Source of the DNA: Octopus bimaculoides
Taxonomy: Eukaryota
Direction of reading: 5' to 3'
Assembly (NCBI RefSeq): GCF_001194135.2
Contig: NC_068989.1
Location: 9,982,468 to 10,046,467, forward strand
Length of the DNA stretch: 64,000 bases
A program made the position numbers and the translations under genes. Positions 1-13,506 of the stretch are shown piece by piece; the stretch's first letter is position 1, and every line of letters starts with the position of its first letter. The notes under the pieces were generated by a model that worked only from the letters and a program-made list of their open reading frames with translations, was not told the DNA's origin and ran no database searches.

Positions 1-40
1 AAAGCGGACATTAAACGATGATGATGATGATGATGATGAT
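1..40 (+). mobile_element. 3' tail of (GAT)n-tailed RTE-type short retroelement
   Basis: aaagcggacattaaacg(atg)n matches the 3' ends of the copies at 39720-40028 and 46291-46552. Confidence 0.7.
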
Positions 41-1992
41 GATATATTATATAAACACAAACACACATATACACACACATACATATTCACCATTTCCTGA
101 AAATTACAATGTACATGACACTGCTCTCTGTAACTTTATACTGATCCTTTTTGTTACAGTGTAATATTATTACAGGATACTCAACCAAACCATAGAATAT
201 GGAAGAACAGGCTGTTAAACCAAACAATCAAATTTCAAGGAGCACTGTTTAGCACATTAAAACCAAATTGATGCCACCTTTTAATGTGTAGACAAACACT
301 CTGGCACACATGCACACACTAGGAGCCTTAGAACAAGCCATTGTGAGACAGCTGCTGTTGAGTTTCTCCAATCTCCTGCTTATGTTTACTGATCAAATAC
401 TTTGTTCTTAATCCAGGGTCCGTAATCAACCCAACCAGATGATCAACACACTACGGATGCTTCTGAAGCAGTATTTCTGTGCGTGTGTGCATGTGTGTGT
501 GTGCACGCACTCGTGTATGTGTGTGTACATCCTTGTATATATTTGGATAAAGACACAGACATATGCACATGCAGACATAGATGCAGGAGAAGATGATGAT
601 GCACACTCATACAAAAAGGGACAATTCAAACAACCGTTTGACTTTAATACGAAGTTATAGATCAAAATAGGTAAAGATGTCCTACTTGAAGTTGTTGCTG
701 CAGAAAGCTACTATCATGTCACTGAGATGTAATCATACACAAGGATTTTCGATGATACTGTTGTTGAAAAATGTCAACAGTAATGTACGGAAGTGTCAAG
801 AGATATAGAATGTTGGTAAAAATGTTGAGATGCACCAAGACGGCTACCAACCAGAACCCACCTTGGACCCAACCACCCACACTCTCTATCACTAGTGTCT
901 TATAAGAATAAGATATTTCCATATTGGATGGCTCCACTTTTTAATTTATTCATAACAGTTCAAAAGCAGGAAGGAATTTCACATACATTCTTAGGTTGAA
1001 ATCAAACACAAAAAGAAAGAAAAAAAAAAGGAAAAAACAAAAAACAAATCTGAAGAAAATGGTGGGGGGAGAAAACAAAGACGACATCAATGAATGATGC
1101 AAAAAAACAAAAAAAAAAAACAGATCTATATGTTGCTAAGCTAGTGTTAAAGATAACAACAGAAGAACCAAAAAGAAAGAAAAGAAAAAAAACGAGAAGA
1201 AAAAAAACGGGAGGAGACAATAACAAACTTGATTTACTGTGGAAAAAAATATCTACAGTACAACAACAACAACAATAATAATAATAATAAAACAATCGGA
1301 AACTATTGTGTTTCAATAAAACTCAATAGTACCAGTGACAGTAATGGTAATGTGTGTGTGTGTGTGTGTGTAGGAGATTTATCTAAGTAACTTTTTTTTT
1401 TTCATCCTAACATTTTGATCATTATTATTATTATTGTTGTTGCTGTTAACATTTTGTTGTTACTCTTTAAGATGGAGATGGAAACGGTGCTGAGAAGGAA
1501 AAAATACCAGCTCAATGATTTACAGTAGAATGAATGCCTCATTGTTTGAGGTAATTTTTTTTTATTTTTCACTTTTTGATCAAATGTCAAGGTTAACTTG
1601 TTTTTTCTTTTTCTCCCCCTGTTCTTTTTAAATCACCCATCACCTCAAAGGTGTTAAAATATCTACCAGTAACAAAACTTGATCAAATCAAGTGAATTTT
1701 GTGAATTACATTAAAAATAACACCAAAATCCTGGACAATCTGCCAAGTGACAAAAAAGAAGAAAAAAAATAAACAAAAAAATAAGAAAGAAATTATTGGC
1801 AGAAATGGTATTTCCCAGACTCTAAAATGTTTTTAAAATATTTTGTTCTGAACTTTTTACATTGTGTGTTCAAATTCCAGGTATTACTGGTATTTGCATA
1901 CCAGTAATGTGGCAACATTTTATAAACAAACTTTGGAAGAATCAGATGTGTTTGGTATCTTACACATAAGAAAGTAAATTTCAAACATAGTA

Positions 1993-2197
1993 TACTCTTT
2001 TACTCGTTTCAGTCGTTTGACTGCGGCCATGCTGGAGCACCGCCTTTAGTCGAGCAAATCGACCCCAGGACTTATTCTTTGTAAGTCTAGTACTTATTTT
2101 ATCGGTCTCCTTTGCCGAACCGCTAATTTATGGGGACGTAAACACACCACCATCGGTTGCCAAGCGATGTTGGGGGGACAAACAGACACACAAACAT

Positions 2198-2258
<61 letters not shown>

Positions 2259-2432
2259 CATATATGCGACAGGCTTCTTTCAGTTTCCATCTACCAAATC
2301 CACTCACAAGGCTTTGGTCGGTCCGAGGCTATAGTACAAGACACTTGTCCGAGGTGCCACGCAGTGGGAATGAACCTAGAACCATGTGGTTGGTAAGCAA
2401 GCTACTTACCACACAGCCACTCCTGTACCTAT
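1993..2432 (-). mobile_element. tRNA-derived SINE family A, full length
   Basis: Minus-strand head with A box TGGCTGTGTGG and B-box-like GGTTCATTCCC, internal (AC)n(AT)n and AAGAGTA tail; homologous to 12557-12950 and 49899-50757. Confidence 0.9.
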
Positions 2433-2570
2433 GTATAGCTGGGAAAACAGCAGAAAGAGTGAGCATTTTTCTGTTTTATAAGGGTAAAATATCCAATTTT
2501 TAAAAATACCAGTAATATTTTCAAATCAATTCAAGTAACTCCCGTATTTTAACATGTATAAGGAACACCC

Positions 2571-2702
2571 TAATTTATCGACCCAGAAAGGATGAAAGGC
2601 AAAGTTAACCTCAACAGCATTTGAACTCAGCATGTGAAGACGGACAAAATGCAGCTAAGCATTTTGCCCCGTGTACTAACGATTCTGCCAGCTCGCTACC
2701 TT
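2571..2702 (-). mobile_element. tRNA-derived SINE family B, 5' part
   Basis: Reverse complement reads ggtagcgagctggcagaatcgttag...ctgagttcaaatg, shared with 39172-39402, 49269-49508 and 58630-58764. Confidence 0.85.
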
Positions 2703-3635
2703 TAAAATTACTAATAATACAACCTTGACCACCACCACCGCAAATATTACCATCACTCCAACTACTTCTACAGCCACCACCACCACCGCTGCTACTAAAA
2801 CTACATTTGTTTTCAAATTCCATAGCTTTGTGTTTGTGTAGGAAAAAGAAAAAAAAAACACCTAGATCAAAAGATATAAAAAAAAAAAAATAAACAATCG
2901 AATTTGTAATTCTGATAAAACTATCATATCAGAACACCAAGGACCTAAGCCAATACAACAAGAGCTTAAACAGAGAACACTATAAGAGGCTGATGACATG
3001 TGGCTTACTCACAAGGTTTCAAACCCAACTAAAAGTAGGTTGAAGAGCCAAAGAATTCATGTCAGTATTATTTTGTTATTGTTGTTGCTGCAGCTGTTGT
3101 TGTTGTTGTTGTTGTAGTTATGGTTATTGTTGTTGTTGCTAGTATTTCCTACTGANNNNNNNNNNNNNNNNNNNNNNNNNNNNNNNNNNNNNNNNNNNNN
3201 NNNNNNNNNNNNNNNNNNNNNNNNNNNNNNNNNNNNNNNNNNNNNNNNNNNNNNNNNNNNNNNNNNNNNNNNNNNNNNNNNNNNNNNNNNNNNNNNNNNN
3301 NNNNNNNNNNNNNNNNNNNNNNNNNNNNNNNNNNNNNNNNNNNNNNNNNNNNNNNNNNNNNNNNNNNNNNNNNNNNNNNNNNNNNNNNNNNNNNNNNNNN
3401 NNNNNNNNNNNNNNNNNNNNNNNNNNNNNNNNNNNNNNNNNNNNNNNNNNNNNNNNNNNNNNNNNNNNNNNNNNNNNNNCATCATCATCATCATCACCAT
3501 CAATACTACCGTCATATTAATTCTATTTAATAATGCATTTTATGCAAAGTTTAAGCATAATTAGTTTTGTTAAAAATGAAAAAGAAATTTAAAAAACAAA
3601 AAAGAAAAGATTTATATGCTGTTTTTTACTGGTGT

Positions 3636-3646
3636 AGGTGGTGGTG

Positions 3647-3703
<57 letters not shown>

Positions 3704-3800
3704 TGGCAGTAGTAGTAGTAGCAGTAGTCGTAGTGGCAGTAGTAGTAGTGGCAGCGGTGGTGGTGGTAGTAGTAGTAGTGGTAGTAGTAGTTGAAGTGGT
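3636..3800. repeat. (GTA/GTG)n compound trinucleotide microsatellite
   Basis: Direct inspection; accounts for the poly-S/V/T ORFs here. Confidence 0.95.
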
Positions 3801-4310
3801 GATGGGTGAAGCTCTTAACAGTGGTAGTGGAGTGTTGTGGAATTTCATTTCATAAACTGTGACTAAAATGGAAAGAGAAACAAGGAAAACAAAAACAAAA
3901 AACACAAAACAAACAAACAAAAAACAAGGAAAGAAGCACTGAGTAAATGTTGAGGGTGGGTGTGGGGAGCGAGGGATGTGTTTGGACCAGGGCGGGGGTG
4001 GAGGTGGATGAAGGGGGTAGATAAATAGACACAGAGAGAGAAAGAAAGTAACAAAGTCAGTCAAGCAGGGAGAAGGAGTTTGGAGGTGAGGGGTGGGGAG
4101 AGACAGTCAAAGGAACAGAAATATGTGTATGTATGCATGTATGCATGACGGAAAAGTGTGTGGTGGTGGTGTGGGGGGATGGTTGGAGGAGGGGGGTAGC
4201 CACTTAGTCAAACGACCTCCCCCCCAACCTCCACAACCAAGAGAGAGATGACAAAAAGAGGAGAAGGGAGGAGCAAGAAAGGTCCAAGGAACAAAGCAGG
4301 GACCCTGTCT

Positions 4311-4343
<33 letters not shown>

Positions 4344-4794
4344 ATAGAGAAATAGAAGAGAAAGCAAGGGAGATCCAGAAGAGAGAAAACAATGAGATAG
4401 CAAGGGGGGGAGGGTCAATGAGTTAAAAGAGAATGTGTATAAGAGAGAGAGGGAGGGAGAGAGGGGACGAAGAGAGAGAGAGATAGGGAAAGAGGGAGAA
4501 AGAGAGGGGGACGAAGAGAGAGAGGAGACAAAGAGAGAGAGGAGACAAATAGAGAGAGAGGACGAAGAGAGAGGGGGACGAAGAAAGAGAGGGAAAGAGA
4601 AAGAGAGAATAACACTGATGCCTTACCAAGTTCTACAAAAATGGTCCCTTATCACTGTTGAGTAGAAAATAGAGAGAGAGAGAGAGAGAGCAAGAGAGCA
4701 AGAGAGAGGGAGAGACCGAGAGAGAGAGGAAAGGATAGAAAGAGGGAGGGTGTTAGGGTATGAAATGATGAAACATCAGCTCAGATCAACTTAC

Positions 4795-4928
4795 GGGGGC
4801 GGGGGGAGGCTTGCATGCTTCACTTTCTGACACTGACACTCGCCCACCCACCCCCTCCGGTGTGCATTGATGACCTTGCACACTTTCGCTGCAATGGTCA
4901 GGGAATCGGAACAGTGGCAACCACTGCC
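4795..4928 (-). other. Candidate exon (unverified) in a GC-rich unique island
   Basis: Acceptor cgtcttttgctccag| and donor CCC|GTAAGT; two of three frames are open but I recognise neither peptide. Confidence 0.25.
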
Positions 4929-5775
4929 CTGGAGCAAAAGACGGAGCACGCCGTCATGGTGGACAAGGTGGTGGTGGTGTGCACGTCAACCGCAACAGTC
5001 AGTTGTTCAAAAGGCAGGACATTCCTCCACTAAGCCCTAAACACCACCACCGCCGCCAAACCCACCAACGCCACCACCGACTCCGTCTCCACCACCACCA
5101 CCACAGGCACTGACATTACTCACTCCCCATCTCACCCCCACCCCATATCTCTATCGCAGTCATTCAGCTTGCTTTGGGAGGGGGGACCCCCACCCAACCT
5201 CTCCAATGCAAGCTTTGTTCTAACAAAGTTTGATGAACTTGACAACATTGAATGACTTGAGTATTTCTGGGTGAAGAGGAGGTAAGTATAAGAATGGTAA
5301 TCCGTGCGCGTGTGTGCGTGTGTTCCCAAAACAAAGCTACGGTAGGGGTGAGGGGTTGTATGTGTATTAGTATGAGACAGAGAGAAAAGAGAATAATGAT
5401 ACTGTGTCAGAAAGAGAGGGGGGAGAGAGCGTGTGTATGAGAGAGAGTATGTGTGTGGGGGAAGAGAGAGTGTGTGTGTGTGTGTGTGTTTATGAGAGAG
5501 AGAGTGTATCTGAAAGAGAAAGTGAAAGAATGTGTATGAAAGAGAGATTGTCTGAGTAAGAGCGAAACGTGTGTGAGTGAGTGAGAGGGGGGGTGCACTC
5601 ATGTGTGAACATGTACGTGCACGCATTTATTCGAACATGAAATGCATATACATCTGGATGCATTTCTGCGTATATGTATTTTTGCACATGCGTTGTATGT
5701 GCATGCGTGAGAGAAAGAGAGAGAGTATACAATACTAGTGAAATACATGATTGTATATTTCTACAACTGCGTGAA

Positions 5776-5808
<33 letters not shown>

Positions 5809-6435
5809 CAAACAGACAGATAATAATACCAAGAGACACTGAATAGAAGAGTTTTAATGAACTATTTCGCTAAACTGGTACAAAAATATCTGACAAAAGT
5901 ACAAAAGAAAGAACAAGTTGTAAAATTTGTGACACATTTTTGTAAATTCAAAACTAAAATTTTCTCCTTCAATGCTCATCTAGATCATAACTTCTCTTTC
6001 TTTCTTTTTTTTTTTTTCCTTCTGAAAACTGACGAAGAATAAATTCAAAAAGAAGGAAAAATAAAAGTAAAAACAAAAAAAAAAACAAAAAAATGAAAGT
6101 TCCAATGTAAAGGAATGCAGGAAAGATTTCTTCCTTTTATACTTCAGACAATCTTTTAGGATTGGATAAAATACCAACAACAGAAACAATTTTACTGAAA
6201 TTTATAGAATTTATTGTTGTGCCATTTCAGTCTTTCTCTCTTTCTTTCACTTTTACACTTTCTTCCTCCCCCTCTCTCTCTTTCTCTCTCAAATTTTCTC
6301 TTTAGCTCCTTTCAATTTGTTTGTTTGTTTGTTTGTTTGCTTCCATTCTCCAGCTTATTCGTTCATTTCTCTCCAGCATCTTTGCTACCATTTACTCTAC
6401 ATACCATACCATGCATACAAGTGTGTATAGCATAG

Positions 6436-6520
<85 letters not shown>

Positions 6521-6741
6521 GAGATAGAGAGATAAATGCAAACACACATACATATACATACATATATATATAGACACACACATTATATATACATATATGC
6601 ACACAGCAAATTCAAACACACACACACACATATATATATACAAACTTATACCCACTCACATAGTGTGTGCATGCATGAGTGTGTGTGTGTGTGTGTATAT
6701 ATTTATTTAGCTACATATATGTATATACCAACACACACATA

Positions 6742-6815
<74 letters not shown>

Positions 6816-6913
6816 CATACATATCACTAACCTATTTTCATTTTGTCTACCTTTTAGTCCTGTCCTCTCCCTCTCGCTTTTCCTTTTCACTTTTCGAACA
6901 AATATTGAAAGCG

Positions 6914-6944
<31 letters not shown>

Positions 6945-8821
6945 TAGATAGATAGATAAATACAAGGAGAAAGACAGAGATGGGGGTGGGGAAGAGAGGA
7001 GGGAAAGAAGGAGACACAGAAGGAAGTTTGGAATGAGTCACCAAAGTTGAGTAGTTTTACTTCTGCTACTGTCAGCGATTATCAACAGGGACAGTCTCCT
7101 CACATGGCAGCAGCAGTTGATGCCAGCATCAGAGATTGAACTACCAGAAATTCAAGAGATGAGAGAATAAATAAAAGGGGGGGGGGGGAATAAAACAAAA
7201 ATAAATCACACACCCCGCCCCTTCCCATGAAAAAAAAAGAAAAAAAAACAAAAATGAACCTACTAACAAAAAAGTCCATATATATATATATGTTCTGCTA
7301 GTTCCATGGTTGGAGCCAGGCACATACAATACATCATCAAAGCTACCATCACCATCGCCACCACCACCACCACCAGCAGCAAGACGATCGTAAATCATCA
7401 CTATCATTATCTGCTGCAACCATTTCCCATCAGCAGAACCCTCATCACAATCATCATCATCATCATCATCATCGTCGTCGTAGTCATCGTCATGACGATG
7501 ATGGGCATTGTCGTTATCTGCGAGCCCACCACCAACCCAAAATCTCATCATAATAAACCATATCATCACAAACATCCTTAACCTCACAACCTCAACGTCG
7601 CAACTTCACACCATCATTACAACCCTGCCGCCGCCCACACCACCACCGACACAGCTTCACTGGCTCCACACAACCCTCCCGCCCGCTTCCCACACCCTGT
7701 TATCTTTGCCCGCCACTATGATAAACACCATCACCAATGCTATCATACCACCACCACCACCACCACCACCGCTGCCGCCGCCACCACCACCACTGCCGCA
7801 GCCACCACCGCCACCATTAAGCATTCCCTTCACTCTTTCCACTTTCCAACACCAAACTCACCTTGCAATCAAAGATCCCCCTGCTCCCATTTCTCTTCCA
7901 AGAACCCTACCTTCACCAGCTCCCCAACTGAATGCGCCAAAGTCCAGCTGCCCTTTATTAGGCCAATGTTTAACTTCCACTTATTCCCTCTCTCTCTCTC
8001 TCTTTCTCTCTCTCTAGTCTTATTGACACCTTTTGTCTTTCACCCATAAATCATTCAGGCTACACCAATATTCTTCTTCTGCCCACTATTATCATTATAA
8101 CCATACAAGGAGATGAGTGTCCATTCATGTACGCATGCTTAAGTAATGTCAATATACATTTACATACAACACACCAGGGCTATGCCTTTCATTATTATTA
8201 TTATCATTATTATTATTATTATTATTTGTTGTTGTTGTTGTTGTTGTGCAGCAGAGTCAGAACAAAATAGGGAGACGACTTCAAGAGAACACAAATTTTA
8301 AGGTTTCACAATTCTGTTTTGGAATCTCGTCTTTATCTCTCTAGGGTCTTGGCAAAAGTACTTACAAAACCAAGGTACCAGTGCTGATATGAATTCACAG
8401 TATTGCTTCTCTTAACAAAATTAGTCTTGCTTTTATGTTCCTTGCTTTTAGCCCCAGGCCAGCACTGATCCAGCAGGGCTATGATCAAAGACAATCCAAT
8501 TTAACTATCTCTGTTCAAATACAATGAAGCATCCTGGGGTTTTTTGTTGTTGGTGGTTTGCTTTTTTCTTACTATGGTATGGTTGTTGTTGTTGTTGTTT
8601 AGCCTCAAGTTCAGCTATGACTAAGCAAGCTGTAGAAGGGGGGGAAAAAGGGGAGAGGTGGACCGAAGGAAAATCGGGTCAACGATATCAAGGAACAGAA
8701 TACTGGCTCATTGCCATGGCAGATGGAGAAGATTGATGTGGATGCACAGCATGTTACAGCATAGCCCCTATGATGCTATCAAGGTTTCAAAGCTGGTGAG
8801 TAGATTTGATAGACGAAAACT

Positions 8822-8869
<48 letters not shown>

Positions 8870-8914
8870 TTCTCCTTGCCTTTGTTTCACATGATAATTG
8901 TGAAAGAATGTCAC

Positions 8915-9111
8915 TGTCATGCAAGGGGTTTCCTTCATCTCCAATCTTCTGTAAAAATATGTCTGGCCACGGGGAAATATCATGTTACTTGGAAGGAAAC
9001 CAGTGAGGTGTGGTGAAAGGAAAGGCAGTAGACCATAGAAAAATCCACCTTGACAAATTCCATCTCACCCATGCAAGCAGGGCAAAGTGCACGTTAAAAA
9101 CGCTGACAATG
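8915..9111 (+). mobile_element. Degenerate RTE-tailed short retroelement
   Basis: Ends ...cacccatgcaagcagggcaaagtgcacgttaaaaacg, resembling the family 3' end. Confidence 0.6.
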
Positions 9112-9271
9112 TATTTTAAACAAGAGATGAAAATCGTGTACAAGCAAAATTAATAAGAGTGAATGTAAAACACTAACTGTCCCAGATTACCGAATGAATA
9201 AAAAAAAAATTGCATTCTCACCCTGATTTCCTCACCTACTCAGTACAAAAGGAGGGAGAGATATATAAATA

Positions 9272-9698
9272 CAGTAAATCCTCGAGTAGAATCCGCACTT
9301 TTTTCCCAAAATTTACAGGTCAAAATTTCTCGTGCGTACTATATACGAGGTTAAAAATGAAAAATATTTTCTAAGCAAAATTTTCTAAGTGATAAATATG
9401 TGAAAGGCAATTTACTTAATATTTATTTTTCCCTGACGTTATTACTGTTATTTCTTTATTTTCTGCAAACAAAGTGCACAAAAAAGCTATATTTTTGCAT
9501 TATGTTATATATACAATAATAATAAAGGACGTTACCGTATATACGTTTACAAACCAAGGACATTATATAGACCTCCTTGACTCAAGTTAGAGAAGGGGTG
9601 CGTATTATACACAAGGTTGAGGCTTTTCAGAGGTACAGCCCCCTAAAAATCTCCTGCGTAATTATACTCAAGGGTGGACTATACTCGAGGATTTACGG
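9272..9698. mobile_element. Tc1/mariner (pogo-like) MITE
   Basis: 17-bp terminal inverted repeats cagtaaatcctcgagta / tactcgaggatttacgg (1 mismatch), TA on both flanks, no ORF. Confidence 0.85.
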
Positions 9699-10171
9699 TA
9701 TATTACAAAAATTTAATAAATAAAATTTTTTTTAAATGCTTCAATTTCTTTGTTTTGGCCATCAGAGATCCCCGATTATGAAAAATAATCAAATTTTATC
9801 TTCTTATTCTGAACTCTGAATCCTTGTGGAATTACCGGAAAAGGAAAAATTACAAGAATGTTTGGTACTGAAGATGCTGGCATTTTTCAGTTTTTTAGAG
9901 TATGAAGAACAGAAAGAAGAGAGTCAGCAAACGGCATCCCTTAATAACCTGACCATTGGCTGTTATTACACTATTACATCTTGAGTGTTATTACATCATG
10001 ATTTATTACATCATTACATTTTGTAGAATAGTGATCATACATGTTGTCTTGCTTTTTAAATGGATTCTTACAGTTCCCATTTGTTATTCATGCTGTTATC
10101 AAATAAATCCTATAACCATTACTACATAATTGATAAAGCGATACAAAAGCATGACAGGTGCATAAAACATG

Positions 10172-10233
<62 letters not shown>

Positions 10234-10865
10234 AAGGAATTATAGTAGATATATTTCCAGTAAATGGGAGAGGGAGAGGGACAATGAAAATAAATTCAGA
10301 TCCCCCACCACCACCACATACACCCCCACCACACCTGACCCCCAACCCCCAACCAAAATTTCTTCTTTGTTGAAAACATAGAAATCTGAAAACTGTTCTA
10401 AGGAAAAATATTTTTTTTTTTTTTAATGAAAAATTGAAATAAAATACGATGTGTAGATATAAACTTAGTGAGCAAGGGTGCATTATTCACCCGTTTTGAA
10501 GTATTTACTGGTTTCAGCAATTCAAGATTAATATTTGTTATAATTGTGATTGAGCCATTTTCATCCACTTTTACCAGTCTATGTACACGCGCACACACCC
10601 ATGCACATGTACATACACACACGTATGCACACGCACATATTCCAGTAACGACTATCTTTTGTTTTTGTTTTTCTTTTTTACTGGAAGTGGAATACATTTA
10701 GTATTACATTGTCCAATGTATCTTTTCTTGGCAGGGTATCATTTGAAAGAAAGGAGTGGTTCTAAACCGGTGTCCATACATGATTCTTTTGCTAAATATT
10801 TTGTCTACTGTAAAAGCAAAACCAATTTTGTTATACTTCTACTATACATTTCTGCTTATAACCTT

Positions 10866-11140
10866 AGGCTGATTTGGTAGAGGGAAACTGTAAGAAGCCC
10901 CTTGTATATATGTATATGTGTGTCTTTGTTTCCCACCACTACTTGGCAATTATTTTGGTGTGTTCACATACACCCACTAACTTAGCAGTTCAGCAAAATA
11001 GGCAAACAGATTAAGTACCAGGCTTTAAAAAAAAAACAAAAGGAAAAACTACTGGCTTCAATTCATTCTACTAAGAATTCTTCAAGCCAGTGCCCCAGCA
11101 TGGCCACAACCCAATGATTGCAACAAGTAAAACATAAAAG
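10866..11140 (+). mobile_element. Old SINE family A, 3' part
   Basis: gatttggtagagggaaactg...aacttagcagttcagcaaaa...ccccagcatggccac...aacaagtaaaa. Confidence 0.7.
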
Positions 11141-11154
11141 AAGTGTGTGTGCAT

Positions 11155-11208
<54 letters not shown>

Positions 11209-11492
11209 TGATATAAGTTGACAACTTAGCTCAGATTGCAGCTGATATATCTAAACTAGGATAGCAGAGACATTTCAACAATAGACTTGAGGCCTGATAT
11301 GATTTAGTTACATCCTCTCACTCACTGGGAATTCAAATGCCACTTGGGGATTTCACTGGGTTTCATATGTGTGGAAGTGAGGGGATAAGTGTCAATAGCA
11401 TGCTGTAGATCAAATTATTCAACTGGAAACTTCCCCCAAAAAACAAATAAATAAATCTGTGATCCTGGCAGAAACAGTTAAGTATGAAGTAT

Positions 11493-11722
11493 TTAACTCT
11501 TTCGTTACCATATTTATTTTGAGATTCTCCGTGTTTTTCTCTCAATTAATTTTAATTATAACAAAGAGGTTATGAAATAACTTAGTTGTCCTTAAGCTAG
11601 AGTTAGGAACATAAATTATGACTAAGGTTTGGTGGAAGATTTTAATTCAAAACTTTTGAAAACAAGACATTTGTACTTAGTGCCAGAGTTGGTTTCAGTC
11701 GGGTTGGTAACGAAAGGGTTAA
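11493..11722. mobile_element. TTAA-flanked (piggyBac-like) MITE, family 1
   Basis: TTAActctttcgttacc ... ggtaacgaaagggTTAA inverted termini. Confidence 0.85.
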
Positions 11723-11893
11723 GGCGTAGAAGTGGCTGTGTGGTAAGTAGCTTGCTTACCAACCACATGGTTCCGGGTTCAGTCCTACTGCATGGCACCT
11801 TGGGAAAGTGTCTTCTACTATAGCCTCAGTTCGACCAAATCCTTGTGAGTGGATTTGGTAGATGGAAACTGAAAGAAGCCCATCGTATATATG

Positions 11894-11941
<48 letters not shown>

Positions 11942-12121
11942 TCCCCCCCCCCCCNNNNNNNNNNNNNNNNNNNNNNNNNNNNNNNNNNNNNNNNNNNNNN
12001 NNNNNNNNNNNNNNNNNNNNNNNNNNNNNNNNNNNNNNNNNNNNNNNNNNNNNNNNNNNNNNNNNNNNNNNNNNNNNNNNNNNNNNNNNNNNNNNNNNNN
12101 NCCCCCAACATCGCTTGACAA
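11723..12121 (+). mobile_element. SINE family A, 3'-truncated, spans a gap
   Basis: Head ggcgtagaagtggctgtgtggtaag...gggttcagtcc; matches 12557-12950. Confidence 0.85.
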
Positions 12122-12441
12122 TTTCAACAATTTGTTGCACATAAATTTGAACAACAAAATTTTATATGGGCCCCCCAAACGCCATGTGGACCCTGGTTGA
12201 GTGGACCCTGGTTGAGAATGGTTGGGATAGATTGACTCTCCTTCTCGCCAGCAACAATTCATCTTATGCTTACCTTAACTTTTGTTACCAAATTTCCATT
12301 GAAACACACTCTCTTCATTTCAATTAATTTGGGAAATTATGGTAAAGAACATATTAAAACAAATTTGCTGGTAATAATAAGCTGATGTTTGGAATATAAA
12401 TTAAGCCTGGAATTTTAAAGAGAAATTTTAATTTAGATCAC

Positions 12442-13102
12442 TTAACTCCTTAGCATTTAAAATGGCTACATCAGGTCAAAATACTCTTCCATTTTTATGT
12501 TCAAACTGGCCAGATTCAGCCTTTCACACTTACGCTACAATGTCATTCTAAAAATAATAGGCGCAGGAGTAGCTGTGTGGTAAGTAGCTTGCTTACCAAC
12601 CACATGGTTCCGGGTTCAGTCCTACTGTGTGGCACCTTGGGCAAGTGTCTTCTACTATAGCCTCGGGCCGACCAAAGCCTTGTGAGTGAATTTGGTAGAC
12701 GGCAACTGAAAGAAGCCCATTGTATATATGTATATATGTATGTGTGTTTGTGTGTCTGTGTTTGTCCCCACAATGTCGCTTGACAACCGATGGTGGTGTG
12801 TTTACGTCCCCGTAACTTAGCGGTTCGGCAAAAGAGACTGAAAGAATAAGTACTAGGCTTCCAAAGAATAAATCCTGGGGTCGATTTGCTCGACTAAAGG
12901 CGGTGCTCCAGCATGGCCGCAGTCAAATGACTGAAACAAGTAAAAGAGTAAATAACTCATCGAAATCTCAAAGCTGTGAGATAAGGCAAAATTAATTCAG
13001 AACAAAGTGAATAAATAAGCATTACACCACCACCACCATAATCATCATCATCATTTAATGTCCGCTTTCCACACTGGTATTTGACAGAATAATTTGAATG
13101 CC
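12442..13102. mobile_element. TTAA MITE family 2 containing SINE A and an RTE tail
   Basis: ttaactccttagcattt... halves match the uninterrupted copy at 13692-13919. Confidence 0.75.
12557..12950 (+). mobile_element. SINE family A, full length
   Basis: A and B boxes, ccttgggcaagtg core, tail gaaacaagtaaaagagta, possible aaataa target duplication. Confidence 0.9.
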
Positions 13103-13287
13103 ATGTGTTTATACCATAAAAAACACAGGGGCAATTTTGGGGGCAGGTTGGTATCAAAAAGGTCAAAGACCTTCCTTCATTGTGTGCAACCACTAAAGAT
13201 CAGAATAAGTCGTTGAAAAGTAAATTCAGTCAAGTAGAGACATTGTTTTTGTTTTTCTTTTTCTATTAAGACTCACTTCTCTAATAA

Positions 13288-13506
13288 CAGTTTCAAATTT
13301 TGGCACAAGGTCAACAATTTCGGGGTGGGGGTGGCGGATACAATTCCATTAACTCCCAGTGCTCAGCTGGGACTTATTGTATCGCCCCTGAAAGGATGAA
13401 AGACAAAGTTGACCTCAGCAGAATTTGAACTCAGAACGTAAAGACAGATAAAATACCCGTAAGCATTTTGCCCGGTGTGCTGATGATTCTGCTAGCTCAC
13501 CACCTT
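13288..13506 (-). mobile_element. SINE family B
   Basis: gaaaggatgaaagacaaagttgacc...gaatttgaactcagaacg...ctagctcaccacctt. Confidence 0.8.

Larger units (their letters stand above)
12275..13166. mobile_element. MITE family 1 interrupted by nested insertions
   Basis: Left end ttaacttttgttacc and right end ggttggtatcaaaaaggtcaa resemble 11493-11722. Confidence 0.65.

Noticed and set aside
7076-7140. Possible plus-strand terminal exon (DYQQGQSPHMAAAVDASIRD*)
   Set aside because: All three frames give similarly plausible short peptides; nothing recognised
7141-7587. Minus-strand 148-aa ORF that looks like signal peptide + Asp-rich tract + hydrophobic tail
   Set aside because: Composed of degenerate (ATG/GAT/GGT)n and poly-T tracts that generate such peptides by chance; no recognisable domain
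7508-8017. 169-aa Pro/Thr-rich plus-strand ORF
   Set aside because: (CCA/CCG)n low complexity; no domain or splice support
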